A DNA stretch of 64,000 bases. It comes from Myxococcales bacterium (GTDB lineage: Bacteria; Myxococcota_A; Polyangia; Fen-1088). The DNA lies in NCBI GenBank assembly GCA_031423255.1, contig JANPFD010000042.1, positions 24,356-88,355 on the forward strand, written 5' to 3'. The position numbers were made by a program, and so were the translations under genes. Of the stretch, positions 8,574 through 16,800 are shown piece after piece. Below the pieces are notes generated by a model. The model did no database searches. It was not told where the DNA came from and was given only the letters and a program-made list of their open reading frames with translations. The first letter of the stretch is position 1. Each line of letters begins with the position of its first letter.

Positions 8574-9872
8574 ATGCACCTCATCGGTCGACGGAATTTT
8601 CTGAACGGGCTCGGGCTGGGCGCCGGCGCGCACTTGCTGGCGCCGATGGCCCGGACGATGCTGCCCGAGGCGCTGGGGCAGACCCCGCGCAAGCGGCTGA
8701 TCCTGTGGGTGGGGCACTACTCGGTGCTGCCGGGCCTGCTCCCGCAGGGATCCGACGCCGGCATCTCCGACATGCGCGCGTTCAGCGCCTTCGCGCCGTT
8801 CTCGAACGAGGTGCTGGTGCTGAAGAACCTGCTCACACAGCCGACGGCGATCAGTTTTCATGGAAGCAACTCGCCGCTGTCGGTGGTCAGTCGGTCGGTG
8901 CCCGATCCGAACTACCCCGACTTTCCGATCCCGGGCGGCATATCGATCGACCGGCACATCGCCAGGAGGATTGGCGACGGCGATCCCTTTCCTTCCCTGA
9001 ACTTCGGTCCGGTCAACGCCGCCACATGGCCCGGGACCAGCGCCGACGGGCCGGGTACGCGTTTCCCGCTGGAGAAGGATCCGGTGCGGGCTTACACCAC
9101 GGTCTTCCGGGGAGTGATGGCCTCGGGCGACGTCAACCTGCAGCTCAGGCGGAAGCTGAGCGTGCTGGATGGCATCCGGCAGGACGTGGCCCGGATGAAC
9201 GCACGACTGGCAGGCCCCGAGCGAGAGAAGCTCGACCAGTTCACCCAGTCGATCCGCGGCATGGAGACCCGCCTGGGCGCCCTGGATCGTGTGCGACAGG
9301 GTTGCACCGTCCCGCCGCCCGTCCGCGCGACCTCGCCGACCTCGAGGTTCAGCAGGGACGCGTACGACGCGCTGGTGTCGGTCGGCGTGAACGCGCTGGC
9401 CTGCGGTCTCACCCACGTTCTGGCGATCCAGATGATACCGATGAGCTACGAACTGGTTCTTGGCCCCTGGTCCGGGACGCACGTCGAGATGTTCCATCGC
9501 CCGGACAGGCTCGACACATGGACGAGGTACTTTGGCTACCAGTCGGAGCTGATGGCCCAGATCCGGAACCAGCTCGCCGCCTTCCGCGAAGGGACCAAGC
9601 GGCTGTGGGACTCCTGCGTCCTTGCCTACTACAACGAGGGGGGCACCGAGCACCACGTCAGCAACAGCGTGGCGGGATCGCCCCGGCGCCGCGACGTCTT
9701 CCTGATGCTGCTGGGAAACGCGGGTGGGTCCTTGCGGACCGGGCGAGTCCTCTCGTTCCCGGGACGCAGTGTCAGCGACGCGTTCGTGTCACTGGCCAAC
9801 GGGATGGGCTCCGACATCACCACGTTCGGCGACCCCGAAACCTGCAGAGGGCCTCTGCCGGGGCTGACGTGA
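8574..9872 (+). CDS. DUF1552 family protein, Tat-exported (copy 2)
   Basis: GGAGGAG ribosome-binding site 8 nt upstream of the ATG. Tat signal MHLIGRRNFLNGLGLGAGAHLLAP. Paralogue of the genes at 3418 and 56656. Starts 15 nt after the DUF1592-class gene. Confidence 0.75.
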   Translation: MHLIGRRNFLNGLGLGAGAHLLAPMARTMLPEALGQTPRKRLILWVGHYSVLPGLLPQGSDAGISDMRAFSAFAPFSNEVLVLKNLLTQPTAISFHGSNSPLSVVSRSVPDPNYPDFPIPGGISIDRHIARRIGDGDPFPSLNFGPVNAATWPGTSADGPGTRFPLEKDPVRAYTTVFRGVMASGDVNLQLRRKLSVLDGIRQDVARMNARLAGPEREKLDQFTQSIRGMETRLGALDRVRQGCTVPPPVRATSPTSRFSRDAYDALVSVGVNALACGLTHVLAIQMIPMSYELVLGPWSGTHVEMFHRPDRLDTWTRYFGYQSELMAQIRNQLAAFREGTKRLWDSCVLAYYNEGGTEHHVSNSVAGSPRRRDVFLMLLGNAGGSLRTGRVLSFPGRSVSDAFVSLANGMGSDITTFGDPETCRGPLPGLT

Positions 9873-10798
9873 TCGCCACCGTCCTCGCTGCCCTGGCCGC
9901 GGCGTCTACCGACGGACACGTCGAGCTGCGCTCCGGTGACCTGCGCGCCGTCGCGGCCCAGAACGACGCCTACGGAGACCTGCACCGCGCCGGCTACAAC
10001 GGCCTGTCCGAGCTTCACCACGGGCAGGGAGCCACTCTGTTCGTGCCCCTGCATGCGGGGTTGAACTTCGAGCACATCTTCAGCGGGGATTCCGCTTCCT
10101 ACGCCTGGGACATCTTCGAGCCGCGCCAGGCGCCGATGGCGTTGCGCAGGCGCGGCCGTCGAATCGAGCTGTTGCAGGAGCGCACCGCACACTGGCCGCT
10201 GCGCACGCGGATCACCTTCGCCGTCGCCGGCCGAGACGCCATCGACATGACGGTCGAAGCCACGCCGCTGGAGGACGCCTGGCGCAAGCATGGCACCATC
10301 GGTCTGTTCTTCGCCTCGTACATCGACGCGCCAGAGGATCGCGCCATCCATTTCATCGGGCGCTCGCGGCATGATGCCGCCCCTCGCTGGATCAGCCACG
10401 TTCCACCGGCGCACGGCCAGGCCGCGAACCACCGCCCGGCGGGAAGCCGCTGGGATCCGCCGCTGGACCCTGCCATCCCCCTCACCTTGGTGAGCGGCCT
10501 GTCGGAGTACGAGTACCACCATCCGTTCTATTACGGCGTCTCGCACGGCAAGGTGTTCGTGATGATGTTCGATCGCCCGACCAGCGACGGCGAGATCCGG
10601 TTTGCGCAATCGCCGGACGGCGGAGGCAAAGGGCCTCCGGCGAACCCGGCGTGGGATTTCATCTACCTGCGCCGCCGCTACCGCGTCGGGCAGCCCTTTC
10701 GTTTCCGGGCCCGTGTCGTCTATCGCGATTTCAAGGACGCGGAAGACGTCGTGCGGGCGTACGAGGCCTGGTCTGGCCGGCGGGTCGCACGTCCCTGA
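9869..10798 (+). CDS. Hypothetical protein (309 aa). Its GTG start overlaps the DUF1552 stop (GTGA).
   Basis: Open frame with a GTG at 9869 overlapping the TGA at 9870-9872. Hydrophobic N-terminus VIATVLAALAAAS. No recognisable motif. Confidence 0.4.
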   Translation: MIATVLAALAAASTDGHVELRSGDLRAVAAQNDAYGDLHRAGYNGLSELHHGQGATLFVPLHAGLNFEHIFSGDSASYAWDIFEPRQAPMALRRRGRRIELLQERTAHWPLRTRITFAVAGRDAIDMTVEATPLEDAWRKHGTIGLFFASYIDAPEDRAIHFIGRSRHDAAPRWISHVPPAHGQAANHRPAGSRWDPPLDPAIPLTLVSGLSEYEYHHPFYYGVSHGKVFVMMFDRPTSDGEIRFAQSPDGGGKGPPANPAWDFIYLRRRYRVGQPFRFRARVVYRDFKDAEDVVRAYEAWSGRRVARP

Positions 10799-10804
10799 GC
10801 ATCC

Positions 10805-13800
10805 TCATCGCTGTGCCGCGCCGACCTCGACCTCGGCCTGATGCTCCCCGCGGTCGTCTTGCAGCGGGATCGTGAAGTCGGGCTGCTCGACGCCGTCGCA
10901 GGTGACGCGGGTGACGGCACGGTCGGGGCCGCCGAGGTCGCGGACGTGGATGTGGTACACGGTCTGGCGGTAGCGGTAGTGGACGTCGAACGCTCCCCAT
11001 CCGCGAGGGAAGAGGGGCGTCACGCGCAGCCGGTCCACTTCGAGACGCACCCCCAGCAACGACTCGACGGCCAGCCGGTACATCCATCCCGCCGAGCCTG
11101 TGTACCAGGTCCATCCCCCTCGACCGGCGTGCTGCGGGTTCGTGTAGACGTCGGCGGCCACCACGTAAGGCTCGACCTTGTAGGTGGCGATCGCTGCGGG
11201 GCTGTCGCCGTGCCGCACCGGATTGATGAGTCCGAACAGCTCCCAGGCGCGCTCGGCGTCGCCGGCCTGGGCGAACGCCATCACCGCCCAGACCGCGGCG
11301 TGGGTGTACTGTCCCCCGTTCTCGCGCACGCCTGGTACGTAGCCCTTGACGTAGCCCGGCTTGAGATCCGAGGTGTCGAAGGGCGGGTCGAACAAGGAGA
11401 TGAGACCGAGGTCGCGCCTCACCAGCCGCTGGTCCAGCGCCTCGAGCGCCTGCCGCGAGCGATCGATCGACCCCGCGCCAGAGAGCACGGACCAGCTCTG
11501 CGGGAGCGAGTCGATCTGGCACTCGGGGTTCGTGGCCGAGCCGAGTGGCGCGCCGCTGTCGAAGTAGGCCCGGCGGTACCATTCGCCGTCCCAGCCGTGC
11601 CGCTCGATGTTCTCGCGCAGCCGGGCCGCCTCCGAGACACAGCGATCGGAAAACCCAGCATCATTCCGGAGTCTGGCGACCTCGCTGAAGCGCAGCAGCA
11701 CGTCGTACAGGAAGAATGCGAGCCACACGCTCTCGCCCTTGCCGTGATCGCCGACCAGGTTCATGCCGTCGTTCCAGTCTCCGCTCCCCATCAGCGGGAG
11801 GCCGTGCTCCCCGAAGCGCAGCCCGTGCTCGATTGCGCGCACGCAGTGCTGGTAGACCGTGCCTGACTCCTCCGAACGAACGGGCAGGTCAAAGTAGCTG
11901 TCCTCGTCGGGCTGGACCGCGCGGCCCTCGAGGAACGGGACCTTCTCGTCCAGGACGCCGCTGTCACCCAGGGCGGTCACGTAGCGGCACAGCGCGTACG
12001 GCAGCCACAGGTAGTCGTCGGAGATGCGCGTGCGCACACCGCGCCCCGCAGGAGGGTGCCACCAGTGCTGGACATCGCCGTCGACGAACTGCCGCGCTGC
12101 CGAGCGGAGGATCTGCTCGCGCAGGATCCCCGGTTCGGCGTGGACCAGCGCCATCGCGTCCTGGAGCTGGTCGCGAAAGCCGAAAGCTCCGCCCGATTGA
12201 TAAAAGCCGCTGCGTCCCCACATGCGCGACGCCAGCACCTGGTACAGCAGCCATCCATTCGCCAGGTAGTTGACGGACGCATCCGGTGTCTGCACGTTGA
12301 CCGCCCCGAGCGTGCGGCTCCAGTAAGACCAGACGTTCTCGAGTGCCGCGCTGGCCGGCCCCGTGCCGCGGAAGCGATGCAGGAGCGCTCGGGCATCGCC
12401 GAGATCGCGCCCGGAGCCGAAGGTGAAGACGATCTCGCGCTCCTGGCCGTCGGCCAGGTCGACGGGCACCTGCATCGCCATGCAGGCGTCCAGTCCGGCC
12501 CCGACGCGGCCGGACAGGCGCGCCCTGGTCATGCATGCGGGGCTGGCGGTGCTGCCGTTGCGGCCGAGGAACTCGGTGCGATCGCCGCTGACCGAACGGG
12601 TCCCCTCGCTGCAGTCCAGGAAGGCCACGCGGGCGGCGAACTCGCTGCCGTAGGCGTTGCGCGCGAGCAGGCCGCCGCTGCCGGCGTCCACCTCGGTGAC
12701 GATGTGGGGCAAGTTCGCCGACCGCTGGGAGCCCAGCACCAGCTCGAAGAATGCTGTCAGCGACAACCGCCGCGGACGTCCCGAACGGTTCCGGACCTTG
12801 AACGCCATGAACTTCAGTGGCGCGTCCGTCGCCACGAAGGTGCGCAGCTCGGTCTCGATGCCACCGTCGGCGTACTCGAACACGCTGTAGCCGAACCCAT
12901 GGCGTGTGGTGTAAGGCTGCGCCCCGCCGGCTGGCAAGGGCGTGGGAGACCAGAAGCGTCCGTCCACCTCGTCACGGACGTAGAATGCCTCGCCGCTGGT
13001 GTCGCTGACGGGGTCGTTGTGCCAGGGTGTCAGTCGGTATCCGTGCGCGTTCTCGCACCAGGTGTAGGCGCCGCCGCTCTCGCTGACGACGGTGCCGAAC
13101 CAGGGATTCGCCAGCACGTTCACCCACGGGGCCGGCGTGCGCGTCTGCCGCGTCGTCGTGATCACGTACTCGCGGCCGTCGGGGGTGAACCCGCCCAGGC
13201 CGTTGAACGCCGCCAGGTCGGGCCTCTCCAGCGTCGCTGCAACCGGCGTCGGGGACTCGAGGCGACGCTCCTTGCCGGAGAGCAACGGTGGTGGCATGTC
13301 TACGTGGACGCGCCGGTTCATCTGTTCGACGAGCGGGCCATCCGAGTCGTTGACGATCAGCCGGGCGACCGTCTGCATGAGGACCTTGTCCTCTTCCGTC
13401 AGCTGATCGCTGCGCCGGACGAAGATGCCCCCGGGTCGATCGAGCAGGCTCGCCTCCGTGGGGCCGCCGACGACGGCCATGATCTCCTCCTGGACGGTTT
13501 GCCGGTAGCCCGAGGTGTCTTCGTTCCAGATGACGAGATCGGTCTGCAGGCCCTTGATCCGCCAGTACGCGTGCGCCTTGACCAGTTGCCGGACGAGGCT
13601 CAGGTTGTCGCGGTCCGCGATCCGCACCAGCACGATGGGCAGGTCGCCGGAGATGCTGTACGCCCACAACGCCGACTGGCCCCGGCGGTTGCGCGCGATG
13701 ACGCTGCGGGGCGCCCGCAGGGCCGGGTTGGCGTAAAGGACGTTGCTGGCGAGCCGTTCGTACAGCTGCGTCTCGGCCTCGGTGACGTCGAGCTGCCGCA

Positions 13801-16800
13801 GCACCACCTGGCTGTGTGTCCACGACAGCTCGAAGACCCGGTCGGCGGAGTGGCGGTCGCTGTATTTTTCGACGAGGGACAGCGCTTGCTCGCGGTTCTC
13901 GGCGACGCCGGTCACCATGTGGATCCGCACCGTCTCGTCGGGCTCGATGACGACGGTGTTGCGGATCGCGACCACCGGATCCAGCACCGAGCCCTCGCTG
14001 TCGGTGAGCGCCTCGCGATGCATCGCCGCCGGATCCGCCGCTGTGCGCCCGCGGCCGATGAACTCGGCGCGCGCGGTCTCGTACGACGTCGTCCCGACTT
14101 GCGTGCCCTGCACCGTCATGAGGTGCATCATCCACGGCGGGCGTTCCTCGCCCGAGCGGGGCCGTCGGGTGCACAGGATGGCCTGGCGCGCGCGCACCAG
14201 CTCCGTCTGCACGAAGAGGTTCTGGAAGGCGGGATGGGACGCGTCCGCCGCCGGCTGGGTCAGCACCACCTCGGCGAAGCTGGTCAGCTCGATGGTGCGG
14301 GCGGTCCGCGCGCGGTTGGTGAGGCTCACGCGGCGCAACTCGATGTCGTCCTCGGGCGAGATGCTGATCTCCACGTGGGTGTCGATGTCACCGTCCCGAC
14401 GACGGAACTCGGCGCGGCCCTGCGAAAAGATGGCCTCGTAGCTTGTGGCCCGCTTGAGCGAAGGCTGGTGCGCCACCGACCAGAACGCCCCATTCGCGAC
14501 GTCCCGCAGGTAGCAGAAGCTCCCCCACGAGTCGCGGGTCGGATCCTCGTGCCACCGGGTCACCGCGAGATCGCGCCACCGGCTGTAGCCACCTCCCGAG
14601 TTGGTGATGACGACGTGGTACGTGCCGTTCGACAGGAGGTGAATCGCGGGCACGGCCGTGTTCGGCGTGTTGTAGACGCGCAGGGTGCTCCCGGCGTCGA
14701 CCAGCGTCTCTCCGGCGGCGGACACCTCCGCAGGATGCGGGTAGATCGTAGGCGCCCTGGGGACCCGTTCCTGCAACAGCAGATCGGTCGCCTGGAACGC
14801 TGGATCGGAATCGAAACGACGTTGCATCGGGCGTTCCAGCAACAGGTACGCCAGCGACAGGAAGGTCATGCCTTGGTGGTGCGCCATGTACGAGCGCACG
14901 ACGACGCGGTCCTTGCCGCGCGGCAGCCGGGTGGGCGTGTAATCGACGGCCTCGTAGAATCCGTACGTGCCGAGCACCCCCTCGCGCGCCAGCCTGCGCA
15001 GGTTCGCGCACGCTGCCTCGGGTGCGACCATGAGAGCCATCGCGCTGGCGTACGGCGCGATCACCAGGTCGTCGGCGAGGCCGCGCTTGAAGCCCAGCCC
15101 GGGAACCCCGAACGCGCGGTACTGGTAGTTCAGGTCCGCGTCGGTCTTGTTGTAACCCGATTCGGAGACACCCCACGGCAGCCCGCATTCGCGGCCGTAC
15201 TCGATCTGACGCTCGACCACGCCGCGGTAGGTCTCGTCGAGGATCGTGTTGTCGTAGGTGGGCATCACCAGCAACGGCATCAGGTACTCGAACATCGAGC
15301 CGCTCCATGACAGCAGCGCGGGCCTGTCGCCCGTCGTCGTCAACAGCCGCCCCAGGCTGAACCAGTGCTCTTGCGGCAGCTTGCCCTGGGCGATGGCCAC
15401 GAAGCTGGCCAGCCGCGCCTCCGACGCGAGCAGGTCGTAGAAGCTGGGGTCGCAGCGGTGATCGCCGACGTTGTAACCAATGGTCAGCAGGTGGCGATCC
15501 CGATCGTAGAGGAAGTCGTACTCCAGGCTGCTGAGTTCGCCGCAACGGACCGCGAGCTGGCGCAAGTCGGACAGCCGCACCGACGCGCGTTCGGATGCCG
15601 CATGGATGGCATCGCGCAGCTCGTCCAGCCATGCGATGCGATCGCCGGTCTCCGCCTCGTGGCCCGCCTGTGCGGCCAGCTCGTGATCGAGTGCTGGCGC
15701 AAGGGTCTGCTCGAGGCGCGCCGTTTCCGCGAGCGTCGGTATCTGGTCCAGCCGCAAGAGCGTCTCGCGCAGGCCGCTCAGCTCCACCGGCGACCGCAGC
15801 ATGACCCAGGGCGCCATCCGCGTCAGTTCGTCGAAGGCGCGCCCACACTGCGCCTCGAACGCGCGGACCCACGATGTGAGATCGTCCCCGGCGTGAGACG
15901 CGACCAGACGGCCCAGGTCGCGACTGCCGGCGATCAGCCGGTCGAGCAGCAGACGGGCGCCAGACAACGTCGAGGGCGGGGTCTCGAGGGGGCGGCGCAG
16001 CCGTGCGAGCTCGGCCCGGAAATCCGCGGAGCTGGGCGCGACCTCGGCAATCACGTCGAGCGTATCGCCCAGGCCAGCAAAGATCTCGGTGCGGAAAACT
16101 CGGTGATCCGCCATCTCGCCGAGCCCGGCGGCCAGCGTGAGCAGGTGACCGGCGAGATTGCCGCTGTCGACCGTGGAGATGTACATCGGCCGAAGGGGCT
16201 CGAGCGAACGTGTGTCGTACCAGTTGTAGAAGTGGCCGCGGTACCGCTGCAGCTTGTCCAGCGATCGCAGGGTCTGCGTCGTGCGCTCGATGACGTCGAT
16301 GGCCGAGATGTACCCGAAATCGTACGCGGCGAGGTTGGCCGTCAGTGACAGACCGATGTTGGTCGGCGACGTCCGGTGCGCGGCGCCCTGGGGAGGATCT
16401 TCCTGGTAGTTGTCGGGCGGCAGGTAGTTGTCCTCCACCCCGACGAAGGTTTCGAAGAACCGCCACGTCCGCCGCGCCAGCGTGCGCAGGAAGGTCAGCT
16501 CCTCCGCGTCGAGACGGGGCCGGGGAGCAGGAAGCGGCTGGCTCATCAGCCACGCCAGGGCTGGCGCCAGCATCCACAGGACGAGCAGCGGCGCTGCCAC
16601 CACCAGCATTTCGGGACTCCGTGCCGCGAGGCCCACGCCGCCCGTCGCCGCTGCGACTGGCGCGATCCACATCCGTGCGTACGACCCGGCGATGCTCGTG
16701 CTCGCGCTGCGCTGGGCGTCGCTGGCGGTGCGCCACTCCAGCAACCGTCGACGGGTGAACAACACCCGGCCCGCGGTGCGGGCGATCGCAACCAACGCCA

